A stretch of DNA of 64,000 nucleotides. Source: an uncultured Spirochaetota bacterium (GTDB lineage: Bacteria > Spirochaetota > Spirochaetia > SZUA-6 > Fen-1364). Location of the stretch: NCBI GenBank assembly GCA_963745235.1, contig CAVUXE010000028.1:64001-128000 (forward strand), written 5' to 3'. The translations under genes were made by a program, and so were the position numbers. Below, one piece after another: positions 31,852 through 41,822 of the stretch; position 1 is the first letter of the stretch; each line of letters begins with the position of its first letter. Under the pieces are notes generated by a model. That model was not told where the DNA came from and ran no database searches. It saw only the letters and a list, made by a program, of their open reading frames with translations.

Positions 31852-32869
31852 CTATTTCTTGTAGTACGTGCTCACGATCCAGTCGTGGTCATACCCCTTC
31901 GCGGCAACCTCGTCCGGCTTGAGGTTGGCGAAGTCGTCCACCATGTCCTGCGTAACGCTGAGAGCGGGCATGATCATGGTCTTGGGAACCTTCACGCCTC
32001 GAAGGACATCCACCGCGACATACAGCGAGGAGGCCGCGCTCCAGGGATTGGCCGCCCAGGAGAAGGACTTGTAGCCGTTCTTTGCCTTCTCATGGGACCA
32101 CCAGGTCAGGAAGTTTCCGCGGTTCCCGCCGATGATGACCGGGATTTTCCTGCCCGGCCGCCTGGAACGCCTCCAAGGCCCCGTACTCGTCCCCGCCCTG
32201 GCCCAGGACACCGTCCACCTTCTTGAGCCCGGGGAGAATGGAGGCAATCTGCTGCTGGGCGACGGACTCCGTCCATTCCCCGTACACCGTGCCGACGACC
32301 TTGATGTTCTGGTACGCCTTGAGCGCCTTGACAACGGAGGCATGGAACGCGTCATCAAAAGGCACGCCCGCAAGGCCGCGGATCTCGATGATGTCTCCCG
32401 TGCGGCCAAGGAGCTCCGCAAGGTGATTGACCGCATTGGTCGCCATGGAGTCCGTATCCCAGAGAATCTGGTAGCAATTCTGATCGGTCACCGGTCCGTC
32501 GTTGACAATGACCACCGGGATTCCAGCGCTGACAGCCTTGTCGATTGCACCGTTGAGGCCTGACCCGCTGCCCGGATCGATGATGATCGCATTCACGCCC
32601 TCCAGGATCAGGCTTTCAATCTGCGAGACCTGGGTCGCGACGTTGTTGTTGGACTGGAGCATCTTGTAGCTCTTCAAGGTGCCGTCAGCCACCATGGAGT
32701 CCGCGAGCTTTCGAAAGAGCGCCTCCATTGTCTGGCGGTATGTGTTCCCGCCATACGAATTGGAGAACCCGATCACGAACCCTTTCCCCGCGTTGTCCGC
32801 CGCGAAGGTTGCAATTCCTGGAATCAGGAACGCCACGCACACAAGCGCCAGAAGCCGTTTCCCGTTCAT
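31852..32869 (-). CDS. Ribose-type ABC substrate-binding protein (frameshift near 32153)
   Basis: Signal peptide, [23 protein letters not shown]. Confidence 0.88.
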
Positions 32870-32951
32870 CTGCCGATCTCCTTTCTCTGTTTGCTCTGAT
32901 ACAGAATGCACCCTCGGCCAAGCCTCTTGTGCAATCCCCCACCCTGCTGTA

Positions 32952-33015
32952 AAATAACACTGATGTATCAGTGTTATTTCAGATGCAGTCTATACCCTGC
33001 CCGCGTCGCTGTCAA
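32952..33015 (-). promoter_or_regulatory. Promoter with 13-bp-arm palindromic operator AAATAACACTGAT-GT-ATCAGTGTTATTT
   Basis: Perfect inverted repeat at 32952-32979; TTGACA (33010-33015), 17 nt, TAGACT (32987-32992) on the minus strand. Confidence 0.75.
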
Positions 33016-33049
33016 CTTTTTTTGATAGGGAAGAAAGAGAGGGACCACC

Positions 33050-34190
33050 GTGCGCGCTGACCACTGGAACAGCCTTGTGCACGCGGCCCGCGGCGAGCCG
33101 GCAGCGCGGACGCCCGTCGCGTTGATCGTGGATACTCCGTGGATTCCGCCGTTCCTGGGCATTTCAACGGTGGACTACATCGGCGTTCCCGACGTATGGC
33201 TTGAAGCCAATCTCGCGGTGGCGCGTCGGTTTCCCGACGTGATCTTCCTGCCCGGCTTTTGGGTGGAGCCGGGGATGGCGGCCGAGCCGTCGGGCTTCGG
33301 TTGCCGCATTCAGTTCTCCTCGGACCAGCCGCCGGCCATTCACGCTCTCTTTTCCGACATCACGCAGACGGAGGGACTCGCGGCGCCCAACCCTCGCAGC
33401 GATGGCCTCATGCCCCTCGTTCTGGCCCAATACCGGCACGCGCTTTCTCGGGTGCGGGCGGAGGGAATGGACATGCGGATCGTGGCTGCCAGAGGTCCGC
33501 TGGCTCTGGCCTCACACCTCATGGGGCTCACCGAGTTTCTTGTAGCCCTGAAGACCGAACCGGGCAATGACGCACAAGCTCCTGAAGGTGACGACTCAGC
33601 TCGTCCGGGACTGGCTTTCGGCGCAGGCTGAAGTGCTGCCCTCCACGGATGGCGTCATGGTGCTCGATGACGTTGTGGGGTTCTTGTCCCGGGAGGACTA
33701 CCTGGAGTTTGCGCATCCCTGCTTGAAGGACGTATTTTCTTTTCCGGTCACGATAAAGATCTTCCACAATGACACGGACTCGTCGGTTTGCTACGAGTTC
33801 CTGCAGGACTTGGGAGTGAATGTGTTCAACTTCACTCACCTGAAAACCATCCGGGAGACCCGGGAACGCGTGGGAGATTCGGTGTGCCTGATGGGCAATG
33901 TTTCGCCGCGGGACGTGCTGGCGCAGGGCAGACACGAGGCTGTCGCCGAGGCCGCCGGTCGGTGTCTTGCGGAAAACGCCGGGCATCCTGCCTTCCTCCT
34001 CTCCGCCGGCGGCGGCGTGTCTCCGGGGACCTCCGCGGAAAATATCGACGCTCTGGTTCATGCAGCCGGTTCGCCGGCACCGAGGGCCGGATCCCGCGGA
34101 CTCCGAGCTCGCGGGCCCTGGATCCGCTTGCTGACAGGGAAAGTCCATGAGATTCTTGACGGCCTGGAGCGAGGTGGGAATGAAGACTGA
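33050..34190 (+). CDS. UroD/MtaA-superfamily protein (frameshift near 33563)
   Basis: PVALIVD.PW, EPS.FG, RGPL.LA..LMG, LDD..GFLS, FHND, LMGNV.P, LSAGGG. Confidence 0.85.
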
Positions 34191-34205
34191 CTCAGGGGTG
34201 CTGAG

Positions 34206-35267
34206 ATGAGGGCCTGGGTGCTGCATGCAGCCAGGGATTTGCGGCTGGAGAACAGGACGCTGCCTTCGGCCTCACCGGGCGCTGTGGTCATTCGCGTTGC
34301 CCGCGCCGGGATTTGCGGATCGGACCTTCACTACTACGGTGAAGGTCGTGCCGGCGCTTTCGTGCCGAAGGCGCCGTTCGTCCTCGGTCACGAGTTTGCC
34401 GGCGAAGTGGTGGAGCGAGGGCCCGATGCGGAGGGATTGTCCGTGGGAGACCGCGTTGCGGTGGACCCTACCATCCCGTGCCGCCGCTGCGCGCCGTGCC
34501 GGCACGGCCGTTCGAACCTCTGCCTGAAGATGCGGACGTTCGGGTCCGCCAGCAGCTTTCCCCACCTTGACGGTGGGTTCCAGGAGTATATCGCCGTCCC
34601 GGCCTTCAACTGCCTCAGGCTCCCGGATTCCGTGGACGACGCGGCAGGGGCCCTCATGGAACCCCTTGCAGTGGCCGCCCAGGCAATTGCGCGCGCCGGC
34701 GGCGTCGCAGGACTGAACGTCCTGATCACGGGGGCCGGTACAATCGGCCAGTGCATCCTCACCGTTGCCCGCGCATTCGGGGCAGCGCGAGTCGCGGTCA
34801 CCGACCCGGACTCCTTTGCCCGCTCCTTTGCGCTCGATCATGGTGCTGATCTGGCAGCGGATCCGTCCCAGCCTGATGCTGACAGCCTCCTCGCGCAGCA
34901 AGCCCCGGACGGCTTCGACATCGCATTCGAAGCATCCGGCTCTCCGCAGGCGCTGGCCCTGGCCATCCGGGTGTGCGCCCGGGGAGGTACGGTGGTGCAG
35001 GTCGGGACTCTGCCCGCGGAGTGTACCATGCCAGCGAACCTCGTCATGTCCAGGGAGTTGGCGTTCATCGGGTCTTTCCGTTATGTCAATGTCTTCGAAA
35101 AAGTGCTCGATCTGCTCGTGGGGGGCAGGATTTCCGCGGGCCACATTGTAACGAGCGTGCTTCCCCTCGAGGACCTTCCTGCAGCGGTTGAGAAAGCAGC
35201 CGGCACGGGCAACGTGATGAAAGTGCAGGTGAGATGGGAGAATGCGCACGAGCGCGGGCGAAAATGA
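34206..35267 (+). CDS. Zn-dependent L-idonate 5-dehydrogenase-like oxidoreductase
   Basis: GICGSDLHYY, GHE, four-Cys Zn site, FGSASSFPH.DGGF, GAGTIG, GSFR. Confidence 0.82.
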   Translation: MRAWVLHAARDLRLENRTLPSASPGAVVIRVARAGICGSDLHYYGEGRAGAFVPKAPFVLGHEFAGEVVERGPDAEGLSVGDRVAVDPTIPCRRCAPCRHGRSNLCLKMRTFGSASSFPHLDGGFQEYIAVPAFNCLRLPDSVDDAAGALMEPLAVAAQAIARAGGVAGLNVLITGAGTIGQCILTVARAFGAARVAVTDPDSFARSFALDHGADLAADPSQPDADSLLAQQAPDGFDIAFEASGSPQALALAIRVCARGGTVVQVGTLPAECTMPANLVMSRELAFIGSFRYVNVFEKVLDLLVGGRISAGHIVTSVLPLEDLPAAVEKAAGTGNVMKVQVRWENAHERGRK

Positions 35268-35444
35268 CCCGCCGCGGCGAGGTGCGCGGACGGCGGATAC
35301 TTCAGTAGACTTTTGCAAACTCCGGCCGTTGGCAGGACGCGCAGCGTATCTCGCAATTCACCAGCGCGTCACTGCCCCACGTAGCTTTTCGACGCGCCCA
35401 CCATCCCCGCTCGTATCGGCTCCCTGCAGGTTCCATACCAGCTC

Positions 35445-35560
35445 ATGACTGCACCGACCATGATGACCAGCGGATGATGGATCGCTCCTCTTCCAGGACT
35501 TTTATGTCACGGCGAATCGTGATTTCCTGCAAACCGATATCAATTATCTGACCCTGATGA
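35445..35560 (-). pseudogene. DeoR/GlpR HTH remnant
   Basis: EITIRRDIKVLEEE..IIR..HG.AV across a frameshift; no sensor domain. Confidence 0.5.
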
Positions 35561-35652
35561 TCAAACCGGCCTGAAACGGCACTGCAGCGCAGCGGCGGTT
35601 GTGCCAAACGTATCTTGCATATCCCAAATGTGTTAGGTATGCTCCGACAAAA

Positions 35653-36456
35653 ATGATAGCTCAACTGGACCCACCCATCAGGGCCGTGATCCTGGACATG
35701 GACGGTGTGTTATGGGCCGGCAAACAGGCGCTGATAGACATACCTGTCGCTTTCCAAAAAATGAACGACTTGGATCTTAAGGTCATTCTGGCGACAAATA
35801 ATGCCACCCAAACCGCCGCGCAGTTCGTAGAGAAAGTACGATCCTTTGGCGTTGAGCTCGGACCTGAACAGATAATCAATTCGCCCATGGCGGTGGCAGA
35901 TATTCTCGAACAGCGTTTTCCCGGTGGCGGCCCCGTCTACATTTTTGGTGAGGAAGGCATCCGCACGACCCTCAAGGAACACGGCTACTACCATGCCGAA
36001 AAGGATGTTTTGGCCGTCGTGGTTGGGCTGAATCGCCAGGCAACTTTTGCTGACTTTTGCGCCGCCACCAGCTTGATCCGCGGCGGTGCACCATTTATCG
36101 GAACCAACCCTGATAATACCTTTCCACAGGCAAATGGTACGGTGATTCCCGGAGGAGGAGCCTTTCTGGCATTCTTTGAAGCTTCTACCGAGGTTAAACC
36201 AACCATAGCGGGCAAGCCATTCCCCTTCCTCTTTAACTTGGCGATCAAGCGCTTGAGCGTCCACCCTCAGCAAATCCTGGCAGTCGGCGACCGACTGGAT
36301 ACAGACATAGTCGGCGCCCGCAAGGCCGGCTGCCGTACCGGGTTAGTGCTTTCAGGCGCTTCCAAACTCGAAGACCTGGAGTCGTTCTCACCATGGCCTG
36401 ACCTGGTTGCCAAGGACTTGATGGCAATGCTGACGGCTGACGTCCTGATTTCCTGA
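35653..36456 (+). CDS. HAD-IIA (NagD-like) phosphatase
   Basis: DMDGVL, TNN, GTNPD, GKP, VGDRLDTDI. Confidence 0.9.
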   Translation: MIAQLDPPIRAVILDMDGVLWAGKQALIDIPVAFQKMNDLDLKVILATNNATQTAAQFVEKVRSFGVELGPEQIINSPMAVADILEQRFPGGGPVYIFGEEGIRTTLKEHGYYHAEKDVLAVVVGLNRQATFADFCAATSLIRGGAPFIGTNPDNTFPQANGTVIPGGGAFLAFFEASTEVKPTIAGKPFPFLFNLAIKRLSVHPQQILAVGDRLDTDIVGARKAGCRTGLVLSGASKLEDLESFSPWPDLVAKDLMAMLTADVLIS

Positions 36457-36467
36457 AGAACGTGCGC

Positions 36468-36690
36468 CAGGGACTATTTGCTTGTCTTTAGAACGACGTA
36501 GACAACGGGAGGGGCAGATCCGCCAAAACCTGATTCTTCGATCAGCGACCGAAGCGCGACGCCGGCAAACATTCGCTGTCCCTGGTCGTGGGGGCCTTCG
36601 GCAGCCGTGGGGTTCCTGCGCAGTGACACCATTTCCCCTTGGGGTATCAGGGACCCGGAGGCCTGCTCTGGCACATCACTGAGGCCTCCG
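36468..36690 (-). repeat. Second copy of the 223-bp direct repeat (3' end of the lipoprotein gene)
   Basis: Near-identical to 13119-13341, offset 23349 bp. Confidence 0.92.
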
Positions 36691-38091
36691 GCTAGAAGGA
36701 GCGTGATCCCTCGGTTGCCTGTCAGATTCTCAAAATAGCGGTAGACATCCGCCAGACGGGCAACCTCGGCCGCTTTGATCTTGCGGTCTTTGCTGGCGGC
36801 GATATGACAGAGGACAAGGTTCACGGCGAAGCGTGTCCCCGTGAGCCTGAATTGTGCTGCATAGGGAGTGTGGCGAAACTCGTCTTTTCCCGGGTAGGTG
36901 CCCAGGTCCTTTGTCATTTGAACCCTGTCGTTGTATATGAAACCGAAATATCCGCTTCTGCTCACGGCAGCTTCCCAGCCGTCATCCATGCCCGACAGCA
37001 CCTTCTCCATGCTCCCGGCGTCCCTGAGACCTTCAGCGGCCACAACATCGAAACGAGCCACCGCGGCTGAAAGAATGGGGTACATTCTCGGCGGGGCCTT
37101 CACAGGACTCATGCTCATGTCAGCGATCCGAATCCTCTGGCCGACGAGGGAATTGTCGACAGAACGGGGCTGCAACCCCGGTGGGTGACCTTGAACCTCT
37201 TTGCCGTCTTCGGGCGGAGCTGGCATGGCGGCCAGTGGCACGCGGGCCCCGCGCTTATCCATTGTGTCCTGGAGAATGTGCAGCCTGAGGGCGATCTGGC
37301 CCGCGGCTTTCATTGAATCGATCGCTGCGTTCAGATTGCCGGCCTGCATCTGCGTCACAGCATCGTGATACTTCTGTTCGGCATTTTCCATTTCCGTGGG
37401 TGCCCACTTTGGCCCGTCGAGCGCCTGAGCAGAGCCAATATCGTTTTCCACGCGGATCTGCGCTTCCCGCAGCCAGCTCAGTAAACCGCGGACCGTTTCA
37501 TAGAGGTCGCTCATGCCCTTGAGCGTGTAGTAGGCCTTGAGGCGGGCATCCCAGTAGGACCCGGCGGCAAACAGGCCGACAGTGGCATCGATGCCCGAAA
37601 CCGAGCCGGGCGAACTCATCCGGGAATGCTCGGTCGGCTCTGATTTCCACGAGTTTCGCGCGCGACGTCTCGAACCGGATCTTTACATCCTCTTCATAAG
37701 CCTGCAGAGCCGCCTGCCTGGCTGCATGCGAGGCTTCCGTTGTCTCGGCGAGAAGGGAACGGCATCGAACAGGGTCGCCCCCACGCGCGGCCAGCGCCGC
37801 GTCAAAAACGGCCTGCGCCTTCGCATACATCTGAGGTTCATAGAGCTCCGCCCCCCACGCCGAAGCGTCCCGAAGCGCTGCCCGCGCTTCGGCAACCTCG
37901 GCATCACTCACGGGGTCGGGCGTCTCCCGCACCTCGGAAACGCTCGCATTCAGGACACGGACCGCGGACGCGGGACCGCCAACGGGCGAACCGCCAGATG
38001 AAAGCGAGGCGCATCCTGGCAACATGACGAAGACCGACGCGAGAGCAATTGCTCGAAACCCGACCAAGGTGTGCCTGTGTGTTTCGCTCAT
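36474..38091 (-). CDS. Lipoprotein with helical N-terminal region and degenerate DNase I/EEP-like C-terminal domain (frameshift near 37600)
   Basis: Lipobox LPGC; C-terminal IRIA..FDVVA.E.LRD..GFIY..F..TPYAAQF..LV.CH..EV..L.DVY pattern of DNase I-like proteins. Confidence 0.65.
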
Positions 38092-38445
38092 CAAAATGAC
38101 TTCGTTCCTCCCGCGCACTGCGTTGGGGCGACTGTCGTCCTCTCTATTATTATCGTTCGGAAAGTGTCTCAGCGTGACTGCGGCGGAGTCGAATATTGTT
38201 CGACAGCTCTTCAACCAGATCTTTTGGAGAATATCGCGGGGTCCCAGCACGTCACCCATCGGTGACGTGTCCAGCCCACGGTGCTCCGCGCCGATTCAGG
38301 AAAATGACGCTTGCCGTTTGAGGGCTTTTGGCCCGTCGTGAAAGTGCCACAAAGTGTCCTAACCCCTTACTGGAGAATGAATAGAATTAGAGAGAAATGG
38401 TATCCCTCGGCAAAAGTCGGGCGAATTGGCCTCTTGCCTTTTTTC

Positions 38446-38480
38446 TTGCGTATCCAACGATGTATGCTATAATGTATCCA
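38446..38480 (+). promoter_or_regulatory. Extended -10 promoter with GTATCCA direct repeats
   Basis: TTGCGT, 16 nt, TATAAT preceded by TGn; GTATCCA occurs at 38450 and 38475. Confidence 0.55.
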
Positions 38481-38539
38481 TCAAATCTTAACTGGCTTCG
38501 GAGTTCGGAAGAATTGCCGGGCCGGCTTGGAGGTGGAGA

Positions 38540-39778
38540 ATGAAGCGTAGAAGGTCTCTGTTTCTGGTTGCATTACTGTGCTTTGTGGCAACGGTGAGCA
38601 TGGCGGACAGTGTGACGCTACGTTGGATCAGTTGGTGGGGAGAGGACACACTCAAGCCTATTGCTCAAGGGTTTGAAAAGACCCATCCAAACATCAAGAT
38701 CGAGATCCAATCATATCCGTTTGATGCGTACTTCAACAAAGTGCAGGCGGATATGGCGGCCAAGACGTCGTCTATTGACATTCTGGCTGTGGATGCACCA
38801 TCGGTTGCGGAGTATACAGTTCGTCACTATGTCCTCCCGATGGACAAATACTTCACCAAGGTCGAGCTGACCTCTTCAATTGCTTCAGCTGTCCTGGATG
38901 CCAGCTATTACAAGGGGACGCTCTCGGCATTACCCACTTTCAGCTCAAACCATGTTCTCTATTACAACCCGGCGATCTTCAAGGCCGCCGGCGTTACGCC
39001 TCCCAGCCCTGACAAGCCTTGGACCTGGGAACAAGTCGCCAAGGCGGCACAGCAATTGACGCAGAGAGAGAATGGGACAACGAAGGTTTGGGGCCTGCTT
39101 TTTGAGCAAGTGAATCAACCCTACGAAATCCTGCCCCTGCCCGAGTCTTTGGGCGCGGATCCTCTGGATTTCACTTCGCAAGGGTGGCTCAAAGCCATGC
39201 AGTTCTACTACGACTGCTACAATACCTGGAAGATCTCTGCCAACGTCGCAAACTCCAACATCACTGACCAGCTTTTTGCCAGTGGCCACGCGGCAATGAT
39301 GGCGGGCGGCGAGTGGAACGCAGTTGGTTGGGCGAAGGACAAAGTCAGTTTCAGCTATGCGCCGTATCCATACTTCGAGGGCGGAAAGGTTGTCGTAGCA
39401 ACCGATGCTCAACATCTTGGCATCGCAGCCTACAGCAAGCACGTTCCCGAGGCCGTGGAGTTCATCAAATACGCGACTCTTGGAGAGGGGCCGACGGTTG
39501 AGTTCGAGGCTGGCGCAAGCGTCCTCTTTCCGGCGAACATCCCGCTTCTGAACAAAATCGAGAAGGACCCCAAGTACGCAACATTTCCGTGGAGTATCTA
39601 TCGGCTAGCAAACCGACAGGTCTCCTCCACCGTGCCGCGACCCGTGACCCCCTTCTGGGACGCATATCAGACACTCACCTACCAGATGTTCAACAATATC
39701 AGCACCGGGACCAGCCCGGAGACCGCTCTCCAGGCAGCCCAGGAACAGTGGAAGCGGGCCACGCAGTCAACGTACTGA
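38540..39778 (+). CDS. CUT1 carbohydrate ABC substrate-binding protein
   Basis: Signal peptide, FEKTHPNIKIE, LYYN..IF..AG, WTWE. Confidence 0.9.
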   Translation: MKRRRSLFLVALLCFVATVSMADSVTLRWISWWGEDTLKPIAQGFEKTHPNIKIEIQSYPFDAYFNKVQADMAAKTSSIDILAVDAPSVAEYTVRHYVLPMDKYFTKVELTSSIASAVLDASYYKGTLSALPTFSSNHVLYYNPAIFKAAGVTPPSPDKPWTWEQVAKAAQQLTQRENGTTKVWGLLFEQVNQPYEILPLPESLGADPLDFTSQGWLKAMQFYYDCYNTWKISANVANSNITDQLFASGHAAMMAGGEWNAVGWAKDKVSFSYAPYPYFEGGKVVVATDAQHLGIAAYSKHVPEAVEFIKYATLGEGPTVEFEAGASVLFPANIPLLNKIEKDPKYATFPWSIYRLANRQVSSTVPRPVTPFWDAYQTLTYQMFNNISTGTSPETALQAAQEQWKRATQSTY

Positions 39779-39807
39779 CACAAGTTGGGTCGAGCTGCTG
39801 AAGAAAA

Positions 39808-39854
39808 TGCCTATTCCTGCCTCGCTGAATCCTTGTCAGCGAGGGGGGATAGGC
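39808..39854 (+). terminator. Stem-loop after the binding-protein gene
   Basis: GCCTAT..CCTCGCTGA / TCAGCGAGG..ATAGGC inverted repeat with no U-tract. Confidence 0.5.
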
Positions 39855-39986
39855 CGCAGAGCTCAGTGAGGTACTGCCGCGCAGGCGAACAGCCTCCGCG
39901 TTGGTGAGCACAGGCCGTTCCTCGCCATTCATGTGCTTCCCTGACGTTGCGAGCGGTCTGAGACAGAAGACGAGGTCACGCTAAAC

Positions 39987-40883
39987 ATGAGGTTCAGAGT
40001 TGCCAGTGGAACTCTTGGCAAAAAGGATCGTTTCGTTCCCTATCTCTTTCTCTTACCCGCAGTCGCTGGCTTGCTCATATTTGAGGTGTTGCCCTTTTTC
40101 ATGGCGATTTCGGAAAGCCTCACCCCAGAGAGCCAGCTGACTGGACTCAGGCATTTTGCGGGCCTTGCCGTCTATCGCGTCCTCCTTACTGATCCAGACT
40201 TTATTCGTTCAATACTGGTCACCTTGCTGTGGGCGGTGATCGTTAATCCCGTCCAAGTCACGATTTCTCTGGTTCTCGCGCTTGCCATATTCAAAAGAGG
40301 GATGCGGAGCACCGTTTTCAGGATACTGTATTTCCTCCCGGTCGGAAGCTCGCTCGCCGTGACGTCAATGATCTGGGGGGTGATACTCGACCCCAACGGC
40401 GGTCTTGCGAATGGCGTGCTTCGGGTCTTTGGCATTCATTCCCAGCCTTTCTTGACTTCGCCGCATGAGGCCTTGTGGTCCATCGTTCTTCTGGCGAGCT
40501 GGACCGGCTGTGGCTACTGGATGGTGTTTTTTCTTGCCGGACTGAATGACATAGATCCTGCGCTCTACGAAGCGGCAAGCATAGACGGTGCCGGTACGAT
40601 CGGAAAGGTTTTCTACATAACACTTCCCATGCTCATGCGAATGATCGCCTTTGTCTTCATTTCGGACACGGTGAGCAACTTCCTGATGTTCGCTCCACTG
40701 GAAATCCTGACAAAGGGAGGGCCGAACGGCTCTACGGATTTCCTTGTGTACTATGCATATTCGCATGCCTTTTCGATGAACCAAATGGCAATTGGGCAGG
40801 CAGCGTCGGTAATCTTGCTGCTGATCGTCATGGGGTTTGTAGCAGTGGAGCTACGGCTCATGCGCGCGGAAAGTGGAGACTGA
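39987..40883 (+). CDS. Carbohydrate ABC permease (MalF-type)
   Basis: LYEAASIDGA EAA loop. Confidence 0.9.
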   Translation: MRFRVASGTLGKKDRFVPYLFLLPAVAGLLIFEVLPFFMAISESLTPESQLTGLRHFAGLAVYRVLLTDPDFIRSILVTLLWAVIVNPVQVTISLVLALAIFKRGMRSTVFRILYFLPVGSSLAVTSMIWGVILDPNGGLANGVLRVFGIHSQPFLTSPHEALWSIVLLASWTGCGYWMVFFLAGLNDIDPALYEAASIDGAGTIGKVFYITLPMLMRMIAFVFISDTVSNFLMFAPLEILTKGGPNGSTDFLVYYAYSHAFSMNQMAIGQAASVILLLIVMGFVAVELRLMRAESGD

Positions 40884-40888
40884 CGCAA

Positions 40889-41746
40889 ATGATAGCGAAT
40901 GGTTTGGCTTCCCAAATGGGCAGGTCGACGCTTGGAGTCGTGCGGACCCTGCTGATGATCATGTACGCATTGTTCTCGATCACTCCTCTCCTTTGGATGC
41001 TGGTCGGATCGTTCAGTACTGATCAGAGCATTTTTGCCAACTCGACGCCGTTTTCGCTCAGGGCTTTCGTCCCCTATCCATTCACGTTGGAAGGGTATGC
41101 CTTGCTCATTGCCAGCGGCTTCTTTCGCGCGCTGCAGAACACGGTGATTGTCACACTCGGGGCCCTCATCCTCGGACTATTTGTCAATTCGTTGGCTGGT
41201 TTCACTTTTGCGCTGTTCGACTTTCCTGGAAAGGGGCTTCTTTTCGCACTCGTCATGGTGACGATGGCCTTGCCCCCGGATGTGCTGGCAATTCCTCTCT
41301 ACACGCTCATTTATGGCATTGGATGGGTTGGCAAACTTCGAGCCTTGATACTGCCGGCCGTTGCCAGCGGGTTTGTCATATTCCTGTTGCGGCAAGCTGT
41401 CCTCGGAATTCCCCGTTCGCTCATTGATGCATCGCGGATAGACGGTCTAGGATGGTTTCAAATCTATTGGCGGATTGCACTTCCTCTCATACGAGGAAGC
41501 TTGATCGGGGGCGGCCTGATCATTACGATCAGCATTTGGCAGTCTTTCCTTTGGCCTTTGCTGGTTGGAACAACATCAGCGGCGGAATTGATCCAGGTTT
41601 CGCTGGCTTACTTTCAACAGGAGCACACGACGCTCTGGAATGCGATATTTGCTGGAAGCGCCATCGCCGTGATGGTGCCGACGATACTCCTGGGAGTCAT
41701 GCAACGCCACTTTCGTCCCAGCCTTCTGACTTCCGGTAATAAGTAG
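40889..41746 (+). CDS. Carbohydrate ABC permease (MalG-type)
   Basis: FDFPGK, LIDASRIDG, WQSFLWPL. Confidence 0.9.
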   Translation: MIANGLASQMGRSTLGVVRTLLMIMYALFSITPLLWMLVGSFSTDQSIFANSTPFSLRAFVPYPFTLEGYALLIASGFFRALQNTVIVTLGALILGLFVNSLAGFTFALFDFPGKGLLFALVMVTMALPPDVLAIPLYTLIYGIGWVGKLRALILPAVASGFVIFLLRQAVLGIPRSLIDASRIDGLGWFQIYWRIALPLIRGSLIGGGLIITISIWQSFLWPLLVGTTSAAELIQVSLAYFQQEHTTLWNAIFAGSAIAVMVPTILLGVMQRHFRPSLLTSGNK

Positions 41747-41822
41747 GGCGTGTTCACATGCTTTCAACGCGCGGTCGGTCGGCTGCAAGAGTCCTACGAG
41801 AGATCTTCCTGAGGAGGCTGCA

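Noticed and set aside
35300-35325. GACTTTTGCAAA as a possible IS terminal repeat
   Set aside because: No partner repeat, target duplication or transposase remnant found.
38188-38204. LexA (Cheo) box
   Set aside because: Spacing is one base short of CGAAC-N4-GTTCG and the left half-site mismatches.
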